Shown: piece after piece, positions 20,804 through 31,126 of the stretch
Layout of the letters: each line of letters begins with the position of its first letter
How positions within the stretch are numbered: position 1 is the stretch's first letter
Assembly (NCBI RefSeq): GCF_044324875.1
Contig: NZ_CP172185.1
Strand: one strand, 5' to 3'
Source of the DNA: Escherichia coli
Lineage (GTDB): Bacteria; Pseudomonadota; Gammaproteobacteria; Enterobacterales; Enterobacteriaceae
Length of the DNA: 64,000 nucleotides
Notes under the pieces: model-generated
What the model saw: only the letters and a program-made list of their open reading frames with translations
Database searches by the model: none
What the model was told of the DNA's origin: nothing
Made by a program: the position numbers and the translations under genes

Positions 20804-22819
20804 ATGGCTGAACTGACTGCGCTTCACACATTAACAGCGCAAATGAAACGTGAAGGGATCCGCCGCTTGCTGGTGTTGAGCGGGGAAGAGGGTTGGTGTT
20901 TTGATCATGCGCTTAAGTTGCGTGATGCTTTACCTGGCGACTGGCTGTGGATTTCGCCGCAGCCAGATGCTGAAAACCACTGTTTTCCCTCGGCGCTACA
21001 AACTTTACTTGGGCGCGAGTTCCGGCATGCGGTATTCGACGCCCGTCACGGCTTTGATGCCGCTTCCTTTGCCGCACTTAGCGGAACGTTGAAAGCGGGA
21101 AGCTGGCTGGTGTTGTTACTCCCTGTATGGGAAGAGTGGGAAAACCAACCTGATGCCGACTCGCTGCGTTGGAGTGATTGCCCTGACCCTATTGCGACGC
21201 CGCATTTTGTCCAGCATCTCAAACGTGTACTTACGGCGAATAACGACGCCATCCTCTGGCGGCAAAACCAGCCGTTCTCGCTGGCGCATTTTACTCCCCG
21301 TACTGACTGGCACCCCGCGACCGGCACACCACAACCAGAACAACAGCAACTCTTACAGCAGTTACTGACCATGCCGCCGGGCGTGGCAGCGGTAACGGCT
21401 GCGCGTGGGCGCGGTAAATCGGCGTTGACAGGGCAACTCATTTCTCGTATTGCGGGCAGTGCGATTGTCACCGCGCCCGCAAAAGCGGCAACGGATGTAC
21501 TGGCACAATTTGCGGGCGAGAAGTTTCGCTTTATTGCGCCGGATGCCTTGTTAGCCAGCGATGAGCAAGCCGACTGGCTGGTGGTCGATGAAGCCGCAGC
21601 TATACCTGCGCCGTTGTTGCATCAACTGGTATCGCGTTTTCCTCGAACGTTGTTAACCACTACGGTGCAGGGCTACGAAGGCACCGGACGTGGTTTTTTG
21701 CTGAAATTTTGCGCTCGCTTTCCGCATTTACACCGTTTTGAACTACAACAGCCGATCCGCTGGGCGCAGGGATGCCCGCTGGAAAAAATGGTTAGTGAGG
21801 CACTGGTGTTTGACGATGAAAACTTCACCCATACACCACAAGGCAATATCGTCATTGCCGCATTTGAACAGACGTTATGGCGAAGTGAGCCAGAAACGCC
21901 GTTAAAGGTTTATCAATTATTGTCTGGTGCGCACTACCGGACCTCGCCGCTGGATTTACGCCGCATGATGGATGCACCAGGTCAACATTTTTTACAGGCG
22001 GCTGGCGAAAACGAGATTGCCGGAGCGCTGTGGCTGGTGGATGAGGGCGGATTATCTCAAGAACTCAGTCAGGCGGTATGGGCGGGTTTTCGTCGCCCGC
22101 GGGGTAATCTGGTGGCCCAGTCGCTGGCGGCGCACGGCAGCAATCCACTGGCGGCGACATTGCGCGGACGGCGGGTTAGCCGGATAGCAGTTCATCCGGC
22201 GCGTCAGCGGGAAGGCACAGGGCGGCAACTTATTGCTGGTGCTTTGCAATATACGCAGGACCTCGACTATCTTTCGGTGAGTTTTGGTTACACCGGGGAA
22301 TTATGGCGTTTCTGGCAACGCTGCGGTTTTGTGCTGGTGCGAATGGGTAATCATCGTGAAGCCAGCAGCGGTTGCTATACGGCGATGGCACTGTTACCGA
22401 TGAGTGATGCGGGTAAACAGCTGGCTGAACGTGAGCATTACCGTTTACGTCGCGATGCGCAAGCTCTCGCGCAGTGGAATGGCGAAATGCTTCCTGTTGA
22501 TCCACTAAACGATGCCGTCCTTTCTGACGACGACTGGCTTGAACTGGCCGGTTTTGCTTTCGCTCATCGTCCGCTATTAACGTCGTTAGGTTGCTTAATG
22601 CGTCTGTTACAAACCAGCGAACTGGCATTACCGGCTCTGCGTGGACGTTTACAGAAAAACGCCAGTGACGCGCAGTTATGTACCACACTTAAACTTTCAG
22701 GCCGTAAGCTGTTACTGGTTCGCCAGCGGGAAGAGGCCGCGCAGGCGCTGTTCGCACTTGATGATGTTCGCACTGAGCGTCTGCGCGATCGCATAACGCA
22801 ATGGCAATTTTTTCACTGA
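20804..22819 (+). CDS. tmcA: tRNA(Met) cytidine acetyltransferase TmcA (YpfI)
   Basis: 671 aa; P-loop GRGKSA plus C-terminal GNAT-like region; matches TmcA length. Confidence 0.92.
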   Translation: MAELTALHTLTAQMKREGIRRLLVLSGEEGWCFDHALKLRDALPGDWLWISPQPDAENHCFPSALQTLLGREFRHAVFDARHGFDAASFAALSGTLKAGSWLVLLLPVWEEWENQPDADSLRWSDCPDPIATPHFVQHLKRVLTANNDAILWRQNQPFSLAHFTPRTDWHPATGTPQPEQQQLLQQLLTMPPGVAAVTAARGRGKSALTGQLISRIAGSAIVTAPAKAATDVLAQFAGEKFRFIAPDALLASDEQADWLVVDEAAAIPAPLLHQLVSRFPRTLLTTTVQGYEGTGRGFLLKFCARFPHLHRFELQQPIRWAQGCPLEKMVSEALVFDDENFTHTPQGNIVIAAFEQTLWRSEPETPLKVYQLLSGAHYRTSPLDLRRMMDAPGQHFLQAAGENEIAGALWLVDEGGLSQELSQAVWAGFRRPRGNLVAQSLAAHGSNPLAATLRGRRVSRIAVHPARQREGTGRQLIAGALQYTQDLDYLSVSFGYTGELWRFWQRCGFVLVRMGNHREASSGCYTAMALLPMSDAGKQLAEREHYRLRRDAQALAQWNGEMLPVDPLNDAVLSDDDWLELAGFAFAHRPLLTSLGCLMRLLQTSELALPALRGRLQKNASDAQLCTTLKLSGRKLLLVRQREEAAQALFALDDVRTERLRDRITQWQFFH

Positions 22820-22892
22820 CTCCTTCAATTTTCTCCCATGGTCATTGTGAGTCAGCGGCGTAAAATTAATGACATCAGTTAAGGAGTTCGCC

Positions 22893-23591
22893 ATGAAACA
22901 TGACCATTTTGTTGTTCAAAGCCCGGATAAACCTGCGCAACAGTTGTTACTGCTTTTCCACGGTGTCGGGGATAACCCGGTGGCAATGGGGGAAATAGGC
23001 AGCTGGTTTGCGCCGCTGTTTCCTGATGCGCTGGTGGTGAGTGTCGGTGGCGCGGAGCCGAGCGGTAATCCGGCGGGGCGTCAGTGGTTTTCGGTGCAGG
23101 GTATTACGGAAGATAATCGCCAGGCGCGTGTGGATGCCATCATGCCGACGTTTATTGAAACGGTGCGCTACTGGCAGAAACAGAGCGGAGTAGGGGCTAA
23201 CGCCACGGCGCTAATCGGTTTCTCTCAAGGCGCGATTATGGCGCTGGAGAGCATTAAAGCCGAACCGGGCCTTGCTTCGCGCGTCATTGCCTTTAACGGA
23301 CGGTATGCGAGCCTGCCGGAAACCGCGTCTACAGCCACGACAATTCACTTGATTCATGGTGGTGAAGATCCGGTTATCGATCTGGCGTATGCGGTTGCGG
23401 CGCAGGAAGCGTTAATCAGTGCCGGTGGTGACGTGACGCTGGATATCGTGGAGGATTTAGGCCATGCGATCGACAATCGCAGTATGCAATTTGCCCTGGA
23501 TCACTTGCGTTATACCATTCCGAAACATTATTTCGACGAAGCGCTAAGCGGCGGTAAGCCTGGCGATGATGATGTGATTGAAATGATGTAA
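22893..23591 (+). CDS. ypfH: Esterase YpfH (alpha/beta hydrolase)
   Basis: 232 aa from ATG 22893 (MKHDHFVVQSP...) with AAGGAG SD; GFSQGA (GxSxG) nucleophile motif. Confidence 0.92.
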   Translation: MKHDHFVVQSPDKPAQQLLLLFHGVGDNPVAMGEIGSWFAPLFPDALVVSVGGAEPSGNPAGRQWFSVQGITEDNRQARVDAIMPTFIETVRYWQKQSGVGANATALIGFSQGAIMALESIKAEPGLASRVIAFNGRYASLPETASTATTIHLIHGGEDPVIDLAYAVAAQEALISAGGDVTLDIVEDLGHAIDNRSMQFALDHLRYTIPKHYFDEALSGGKPGDDDVIEMM

Positions 23592-23604
23592 TAATAGCCG
23601 GGTA

Positions 23605-23682
23605 GGCCTGATAAGACGCGTGATGCGTCGTATCAGGCATCGTTCACCATTGCCGGATGCGGCGTTAACGCCTTATCCGGCC
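23605..23682. repeat. REP/BIME element (two REP palindromic units) between ypfH and ypfN
   Basis: gtaggcctgataagacgcg...gcgtcgtatcaggcat and tgccggatgcggcgttaacgccttatccggcc, the classic E. coli REP (PU) signatures. Confidence 0.75.
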
Positions 23683-23689
23683 ACTCAGC

Positions 23690-23890
23690 TCACTTCTTCG
23701 GTTGATCCTTTTTCGGCCAGTCGTCGTCATCGTCCCACTTATCGTTGAAATCACGATGCGGGGGAAGCTCCGGCTTGTTGGCGAGAAATTTCTTATGGTC
23801 GACGCGCTTGAGATCTTTAATCACGTTCAGCAGGACGCCTACCAAAAAGACAATCACCAGAATCCACCAATATTTAGCCAGCCAGTCCAT
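23690..23890 (-). CDS. ypfN: Small membrane protein YpfN (UPF0370)
   Basis: 66 aa from ATG 23890 ([23 protein letters not shown]...); one TM helix, acidic C-terminus. Confidence 0.8.
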
Positions 23891-23917
23891 GCTTATTTCC
23901 TCTTGCAGAACCACCCA

Positions 23918-25045
23918 TCAGGCGACGAGCTGTTCCATGATACGTTGATACATACGGGCAAGTAGCTGCAGGTCGGCAGCGTTCACACATTCATTAATTT
24001 TATGAATAGTGGCATTGACCGGCCCGAGTTCCACCACCTGCGCCCCCATGCGGGCAATAAAGCGCCCGTCGGACGTTCCGCCTGTGGTCAGTAGCTGCGG
24101 TTTAATTTCATTATAGTGCTCAACCGCGTTAACGACCGCATCCACCAGTTTACCGCGCGCGGTCAAAAATGGCTGCCCGGAAAGCCACCAATCCACCGTA
24201 TAGCGCAGTTGATGTTTTTCAAGCAGGGCAAGTACCTGCGCTTTGATCATCTCATCAGTCAGTTCGGTGCTGAAGCGGAAGTTAAACTGCACAAACAGTT
24301 CACCCGGAATAACGTTGTTACTGCCCGTTCCCGCCTGAATATTGGCAATCTGCATACTGGTCGCCGGGAAGAATTCATTGCCCTGATCCCACTCAATAGC
24401 CACTAATTCATTAAGGAAAGGTGCTGCGCGATGTACCGGATTGTCAGCCAGATGTGGGTAGGCAACATGCCCCTGCACGCCATGAATGGTGAGGTTGCAG
24501 GTTAACGATCCGCGACGACCATTTTTCACCACATCACCAACCACTTCGATACTCGACGGTTCGCCGACCAGGCAGTAATCGAGACGCTCATTACGCGCCA
24601 TTAACGCTTCGACGACTTTTACCGTACCGTTGTGGGCACTGGCTTCTTCATCAGAGGTGATCAGAAATGCCAGTCGTCCCGTATGGTTGGGATGTTGTGC
24701 GACAAAGCGTTCTGCAGCTACCACCATCGCCGCCAGCGAGCCTTTCATATCTGCCGCACCGCGCCCGAATAACATGCCATCACGAATGGTGGGTTCAAAC
24801 GGCGGATTGATCCAACGATCGGCGTCGCCAGGCGGCACCACATCGGTATGCCCGGCAAAGGCCAACGTTTCACCTTGCCCACGCCATGCCCAAAAATTCT
24901 GCGTATCGGCAAAATCCATGCGTTCAACGGTAAAACCGATCGCCTGCAAACGTTCAATCAACAAAGCCTGGCATCCTGCGTCATCAGGACTCAGGGAAGG
25001 GCGGCGAATAAGCTGTTGTGTCAGCTCAATAACCGGGCACGACAT
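23918..25045 (-). CDS. dapE: Succinyl-diaminopimelate desuccinylase (M20 peptidase family)
   Basis: 375 aa; matches DapE. Confidence 0.96.
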
Positions 25046-25048
25046 AGA

Positions 25049-25423
<375 letters not shown>

Positions 25424-25731
25424 TTATGAGAATAAATACTCATTTAAGAGTGAAAACATTTTGCCTGCAAATGATTATCAGGAAATATAACATTATCGAA
25501 GTATTCAAATTAACAACTATTAAATAATATTAAACATTTTTAACGTAAACATTAAGAATATTCATCTTGTTATCTGTCTGTATTTTAACCAGAATTAAAT
25601 CAGTATTAGATGCCGTATGAATATCTCGAAATGTTGCTGTGTATCACATACAAATCATCACCGCAGGACCATAGTATTTACATAAGGTTTGTCCCCCGGA
25701 GGTAGTCATCGCAGCAATCGAGTAAATTAGC

Positions 25732-25760
25732 TTCACCACGGTATATTGTTTCCGTAGAAT
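25732..25760 (+). promoter_or_regulatory. Candidate sigma-70 promoter for ypfM
   Basis: TTCACC-N17-TAGAAT ending 26 nt upstream of ypfM ATG. Confidence 0.35.
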
Positions 25761-25785
25761 ACCCATAATTATAAGAGAGGTTGTT

Positions 25786-25845
25786 ATGATTGAACGTGAA
25801 CTGGGGAACTGGAAAGACTTTATCGAAGTTATGCTTCGTAAGTAA
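25786..25845 (+). CDS. ypfM: Small protein YpfM (19 aa)
   Basis: ATG 25786 reads MIERELGNWKDFIEVMLRK then stop; AGAGAGG SD 6 nt upstream; two hairpins with a T-run follow; too short for the ORF track. Confidence 0.7.
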   Translation: MIERELGNWKDFIEVMLRK

Positions 25846-25910
25846 TTCCTGAGACAAAGTACAAACAACAAGAACCTGCTGAGCAGGTTCTTAATCGGAA
25901 AGTTGAAAAG

Positions 25911-25938
25911 GGCGACACATTGGCATGTCGCCTTTTTT
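25911..25938. terminator. Rho-independent terminator between ypfM and the 3' end of acrD
   Basis: 7-bp stem ggcgaca/tgtcgcc, 8-nt loop, TTTTTT; preceded by a second hairpin agaacctgc/gcaggttct. Confidence 0.6.
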
Positions 25939-25943
25939 ATTGC

Positions 25944-28900
25944 TTATTCCGGGCGCGGCTTCAGCGGGAAGCGGCGGCGCACCAGCACAAAGAACAGCGG
26001 CACGAAGTAAATAGCCAGAATAGTGGCCGAAATCATCCCGCCCATTACGCCAGTACCCACCGCATGCTGACCACCGGAACCGGCACCCGTGCTGGTTGCC
26101 ATTGGCAATACGCCGAAGATAAATGCCAGCGAGGTCATCAGAATCGGGCGTAAACGCTGACGGCAGGCGTGGAGCGTCGCTTCAAACAGGTCGTGGCCTT
26201 TTTGGTTCATCTCGTTAGCAAATTCGACGATCAGGATGGCGTTTTTCGCCGATAAACCAATGACCGTTAACAGCCCCACCTGGAAGTAAACGTCGTTTTC
26301 CAGCCCGCGCATCCAGGTTGCCAGCAGCGCGCCGATAACCCCCAGCGGCACGACCAGCATTACCGAGAACGGCACCGACCAGCTTTCATACAACGCAGCC
26401 AGACACAGGAATACCACCAGCAAGGAAATGGCGTACAGCGCCGGAGCCTGCGCGCCGGAAAGTCGCTCCTGATACGACATCGCCGTCCACTCCAGACCAA
26501 AGCCGTTTGGCAACTGCTTCACTAACGATTCCATAATATCCATCGCCGTACCGGTACTGACCCCCGGTGCGGCTTCTCCGACAATCTCTACTGCAGAATA
26601 ACCGTTATAGCGTTCCAGACGCGGCGAGCCTGTCTCCCAGCGTGATGTCGCGAAAGCAGAGAAGGGCACCATGCCGCCATCTTTATTTCGGACATACCAG
26701 AGATTGATGTCATCTGGCAGCATGCGATATGGCGCAGCTGCCTGCACATAGACTTTCTTCACGCGACCGCGATCCATAAAGTCATTCACATAGCTCGAAC
26801 CCCAGGCGGTTTGCAGTGTGTCGTTAATATCGTCGATAGCAACGCCCAGCGCCTGAGCTTTACGCTGGTCGATATCAATCTGCAACTGCGGACTGTCGTC
26901 GAGGCCGTTATGGCGCACACGGGTTAGCTCCGGGTTTTCCGCTGCCAGCGCCAGCAACTGGTTTCGTGCTGCCATCAGCGCATCGTGACCCGCTCCAGCG
27001 TGGTCCTGCAACTCCATATCAAAACCCGCAGAACTGCCAAGACCGCTAATTGCTGGCGGGCTGCTGGCGATAACGCGAGCTTCTTTAATCTTGTTAAACG
27101 CCTTCGTTGCACGTTCGATAATGGCAAACGAGGTGCCGGTCTTACTGTCGCGTTCGCTCCAGTCTTTCAGGCGGATAAACATTCGCGCCACGTTTTGCCC
27201 GTTACCCCCAGGGCCAGAACCAACGGTGGCAAACACCGACATGATGTTGTCTTTTTCATGGGTGAAGTAGTATTTCTCGATTTGCTCAACGACTTTCAGG
27301 GTCTGTTGTTGGGTTGAACCGCTGGGCAACTGTACCGAGGTAGTAAACATGCCCCGGTCTTCCAGTGGCAAGAACGACGTCGGCAAACGCAGGAACAGGA
27401 ACACCATGCCGCCAAGCAGCAGGACATAAATCACAATCCAGCGCAGGCTACGGTGGAGAATTTTCGCCACCCCTTTTTCGTAGCGTTCGGCGTTGCGGTT
27501 AAACATCTGGTTAAACCAGGCAAAAAAGCCTTTTTGCCCGTGATGCTCACCCTTTTTCAGTGGCTTAAGTAGCGTGGCACACAGAGCCGGAGTGAGGATC
27601 ATCGCTACCAGTACTGACAGCACCATCGCCGCAACAATGGTAATAGAGAACTGGCGATAGATGGCACCGGTGGTGCCGCCGAAGAAGGCCATTGGTACAA
27701 ATACCGCCGAAAGCACCATCGCAATCCCGACCAGTGCCCCCTGGATCTGCCCCATCGATTTACGTGTGGCTTCGCGAGGAGTGAGTCCTTCCTCACTCAT
27801 AATACGTTCGACGTTTTCCACCACCACGATGGCATCATCCACCAGCAGACCGATCGCCAGCACCATCGCGAACATGGTTAAGGTGTTGACGCTGTAACCG
27901 AAGGCATAAAGTACGGAGAAGGTTCCCATCAACACCACCGGCACGGCGATAGTGGGTATCAGCGTGGCGCGGAAGTTTTGCAGGAACAGATACATAACGA
28001 GGAAAACCAGAGCGATAGCTTCCAGCAGCGTTTTCACCACGTCTTCAATGGAGGCTTTAACAAACGAGGTGGTTTCATACGCCACCTTGTATTCCAGTCC
28101 ATGCGGGAAATACTGCGCCAGCTCGTCAAGACGATTGAGCACCAGCTCCGCTGTCGCCATTTCGTTCGCGCCGGAGGCCAGTTTTACCCCCAACCCGGAG
28201 GCTGGCTTACCATTGAAGCGGCTAAGATAATCGTATTTCTCCGCCCCCATTTCGACGGTGGCGACATCGCCCAGCCTTACCTCTGAGCCGTCCTGATTCA
28301 CCCGCAAGGTGATATCGCGGAACTGTTCTGGTGTTTGCAGCAGTGACTGGGCGTTAATGGTGGCGTTGAGCGCCTGCTTATCGACGGAAGGCGTACCACC
28401 AAGTTGCCCAACCGCAATCTGCGCGTTCTGTGACTCAATGGCATCAGTGACATCTTTAGCCGTCATCTGGAAACTGTTGAGTTTCGCCGGGTCCAGCCAG
28501 ATACGCATGGAATATTGCGAACCATAGGCATCGATATCCCCAACGCCATTCACGCGGCTTAACGGATCCTGAATATTACTGGCAACGTAATCGGCAATAT
28601 CCTGTTTATCCATCGAACCATCGGTAGAGACGAAGGCAATGGTCAGAATGTTGGTATCGCCGGTTTTACGCACCGTCACGCCCTGATTTTGCACTGCCTG
28701 CGGTAACTTTCGCATGGCAGATTGCAGCTGGTTTTGTACTTGCTGCACGGCTTCGTCCGGATCGGTGCCTGCTTTAAAACTTAAAGTGACAGATGCCTGA
28801 CCGGTGCCACTGCTCTGAGATGACATATACATCAGATTATCGAGACCGGTCATATTTTGCTCGATAACCTGGGTCACGGTGTTTTCCAGCGTCTGGGCCG

Positions 28901-29057
28901 ATGCGCCGGGATAGTTAGCGGTCACTCGCACATTCGGTGGCGCGAGATCGGGGTATTGTTCAACGGGCAATGAAAAAATCGCCAGGGTACCTGTCAGACA
29001 CAACAGGATTGCCAGCACCCAGGCAAAAATGGGGCGATCAATAAAGAAATTCGCCAT
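25944..29057 (-). CDS. acrD: RND-family aminoglycoside/multidrug efflux pump AcrD
   Basis: 1037 aa, 12-TM RND transporter with two large periplasmic loops. Confidence 0.96.
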   Translation of the reverse strand: MANFFIDRPIFAWVLAILLCLTGTLAIFSLPVEQYPDLAPPNVRVTANYPGASAQTLENTVTQVIEQNMTGLDNLMYMSSQSSGTGQASVTLSFKAGTDPDEAVQQVQNQLQSAMRKLPQAVQNQGVTVRKTGDTNILTIAFVSTDGSMDKQDIADYVASNIQDPLSRVNGVGDIDAYGSQYSMRIWLDPAKLNSFQMTAKDVTDAIESQNAQIAVGQLGGTPSVDKQALNATINAQSLLQTPEQFRDITLRVNQDGSEVRLGDVATVEMGAEKYDYLSRFNGKPASGLGVKLASGANEMATAELVLNRLDELAQYFPHGLEYKVAYETTSFVKASIEDVVKTLLEAIALVFLVMYLFLQNFRATLIPTIAVPVVLMGTFSVLYAFGYSVNTLTMFAMVLAIGLLVDDAIVVVENVERIMSEEGLTPREATRKSMGQIQGALVGIAMVLSAVFVPMAFFGGTTGAIYRQFSITIVAAMVLSVLVAMILTPALCATLLKPLKKGEHHGQKGFFAWFNQMFNRNAERYEKGVAKILHRSLRWIVIYVLLLGGMVFLFLRLPTSFLPLEDRGMFTTSVQLPSGSTQQQTLKVVEQIEKYYFTHEKDNIMSVFATVGSGPGGNGQNVARMFIRLKDWSERDSKTGTSFAIIERATKAFNKIKEARVIASSPPAISGLGSSAGFDMELQDHAGAGHDALMAARNQLLALAAENPELTRVRHNGLDDSPQLQIDIDQRKAQALGVAIDDINDTLQTAWGSSYVNDFMDRGRVKKVYVQAAAPYRMLPDDINLWYVRNKDGGMVPFSAFATSRWETGSPRLERYNGYSAVEIVGEAAPGVSTGTAMDIMESLVKQLPNGFGLEWTAMSYQERLSGAQAPALYAISLLVVFLCLAALYESWSVPFSVMLVVPLGVIGALLATWMRGLENDVYFQVGLLTVIGLSAKNAILIVEFANEMNQKGHDLFEATLHACRQRLRPILMTSLAFIFGVLPMATSTGAGSGGQHAVGTGVMGGMISATILAIYFVPLFFVLVRRRFPLKPRPE

Positions 29058-29127
29058 TAAAAGAGGACCTCGTGTTTCTGCGTATCGTTGTAGGCTTGAC
29101 TTGCTTCACTGTAGCGGCAAGGTACGA

Positions 29128-29145
29128 GCCAATCGTGGAGAAAAA
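29128..29145 (-). promoter_or_regulatory. Candidate BaeR binding box in the acrD promoter
   Basis: Minus strand reads TTTTTCTCCACGATTGGC, one mismatch to the BaeR box TTTTTCTCCATDATTGGC; 71-88 bp upstream of acrD ATG. Confidence 0.55.
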
Positions 29146-29220
29146 AAGGAGTTAATGTAAATTATCATGCCCTTTTATACTGAACTTTAAGGGCCAGTAT
29201 TCTTTGGTCAGTCGGAGGCA

Positions 29221-30921
29221 TTACATCAGCTGACTTTCCTCACCCTCCGCGGAGCGAAAGCTAATACTCACTAACGTGCCGCCGCCGGAAGGTTGTGAAA
29301 AAGTCAGCGTCCCACCCAGCCGTTCCGCGCGCTCGCGCATGATATTCAGACCATAATGACCTTCGGGTTCTTTCGGTTCACCGATGCCAATCCCGTTATC
29401 ACGGATATAAACCGTGTGATTGCCGTCCGGCGCAGTGACGCAGCTAACGGCGATTTCGCTGGCGTTGGCGTGCTTCATCGCATTCAGCACCGCTTCGCGA
29501 ATAATTTGCAACAAATGCACCTGCATTTGCGCATCCAGCGCCAGGGTTGGCAGACGGCAGTCGAGGGTCAGTTTAGCGCTGGTTTGATTTTGTAACGTAT
29601 CCAGCATTTCACGTAGCGCAGAGGGGAGATCTGCCTGCTGCAGCGTCAGGCGGAAAGTAGTTAACAGCTCGCGTAACTGCCGATAAGCATCATTCAACGC
29701 TTGGGAAAAATCGGCCATGATACTTTGTGCGGTGGCGTTATCTTCCGGTATCGAACGCTTCAGTAACGTCAACTGGATACGTAAGTAAGAAAGTACCTGA
29801 GCCAGCGAGTCGTGCAATTCGCGGGCGATGGTCGCACGTTCTTCCATCAACAATAACTGCTGAAAATGCTTCTGCGCCTGATTAAAGTACAAACCGCGTC
29901 CCAGCATCGACGAAACACTGTTAAGCAGCGGTTCTGATGATGAAACGTGACTATTTTGCCAGTGCAGTTCGCCGTAAACCGTCTCTTGCATTGTCACCGG
30001 TAAAATCTGCATCGGCAATTCCGGGTTTGGTTGCCCTTCGCTAATCCGCCAGTTTTCACCGACATTTAACTCCAGATATTCAGCCGCTTCGTTGTCGCGC
30101 ACAATCTGCAAAATATGGCGGAAACAATGCACATCAATCTGGCTGGTGTTCAGCGCCTGCGAACACTGATACAACACCTCCAGGCGACGCTTGGCCTCGT
30201 GGAGATCGCGGGTCTTTTCTTCTACTGACGCCTCCAGCGAACGGTACAATTTATGCAGCTCGCTCGACATCTGGTTAAAGGTTTTGGCAAGCAGGCCAAG
30301 CTCATTCGGCAGGCTGGTATCCAGCGGTGGCGAGTCGAACTGCCCGTGTTCAATACGCTGACTGGCGGTAACCAGCTGATTCAGCGGGGCAACCACCTGA
30401 TGGCGTATGCGGCGCAAAGTAAAAAAGACCAGCGTGAAAATACCGATGCCGCCAGCCAGGGAAATTGCCACCACCAGCAGCATTTTGCGTTCAGCGTAGT
30501 GCTGTAAAGCCAGCACGAACAGGTCTATCTGATTAACATAATTATTAATATTGGCCTGATACCACGGCAAGTCGCCCTTGCTGAGCCGATTATTCATCTC
30601 CAGCCAGTTGGCATTCAGATGCGCATAGCGGGTTTTTACTGCCTCTGGCACATACCAGACGTTGAGATTGGTTAATACCGGTGAATGCAGTGCCTGCTGA
30701 AATAACTGGCGATGTGCATTGAGTTGTGGACTGCCACTTTGCAAGTCGTAGCCCAGGCGGTAACTCTGCATACGCAGCGATCCGGCAATATTGATAGCCT
30801 CAGCATCGCGCAAACTGCTCGCCAGAGTTAGCAGAGCGATACCCGTGGAAAGAATCGACAGCAGGACAATGTAAAAAAAGGCCCGGGCCAGACTGGCCGA
30901 GACGGGTCGTTTAACAATCAC
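29221..30921 (-). CDS. narQ: Nitrate/nitrite sensor histidine kinase NarQ
   Basis: 566 aa from GTG at 30921 (MIVKRPVSASLARAF...); H-box ELHDSLAQ; HAMP and HATPase regions. Confidence 0.93.
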   Translation of the reverse strand: MIVKRPVSASLARAFFYIVLLSILSTGIALLTLASSLRDAEAINIAGSLRMQSYRLGYDLQSGSPQLNAHRQLFQQALHSPVLTNLNVWYVPEAVKTRYAHLNANWLEMNNRLSKGDLPWYQANINNYVNQIDLFVLALQHYAERKMLLVVAISLAGGIGIFTLVFFTLRRIRHQVVAPLNQLVTASQRIEHGQFDSPPLDTSLPNELGLLAKTFNQMSSELHKLYRSLEASVEEKTRDLHEAKRRLEVLYQCSQALNTSQIDVHCFRHILQIVRDNEAAEYLELNVGENWRISEGQPNPELPMQILPVTMQETVYGELHWQNSHVSSSEPLLNSVSSMLGRGLYFNQAQKHFQQLLLMEERATIARELHDSLAQVLSYLRIQLTLLKRSIPEDNATAQSIMADFSQALNDAYRQLRELLTTFRLTLQQADLPSALREMLDTLQNQTSAKLTLDCRLPTLALDAQMQVHLLQIIREAVLNAMKHANASEIAVSCVTAPDGNHTVYIRDNGIGIGEPKEPEGHYGLNIMRERAERLGGTLTFSQPSGGGTLVSISFRSAEGEESQLM

Positions 30922-31126
30922 ACGCGTCTTCTCCACAAAAAATCATTAATGTTCCAGTTCGCTGAAACGCAATTTAGTCAGTGATGGGATTATTTGATCT
31001 GCCACAGTTTATAGCGAAATAGTTACTTATTCTGGGCACATGAACATTGCCGATTCCCCTGTAAGTCGGGTAATAACAACACTCATATAAAGAATAAGGT
31101 TTTTACAACCAAAAAAGAAGGTCGTT

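Noticed and set aside
25920-26153. 77-aa plus-strand ORF downstream of ypfM
   Set aside because: Begins inside the ypfM/acrD terminator hairpin and runs antisense through the acrD 3' end; no SD.
30937-31126. Possible FNR or NarL/NarP sites in the narQ-aegA divergent region
   Set aside because: Only a single TTGAT half-site was visible; no convincing inverted repeat at FNR spacing, so not called.
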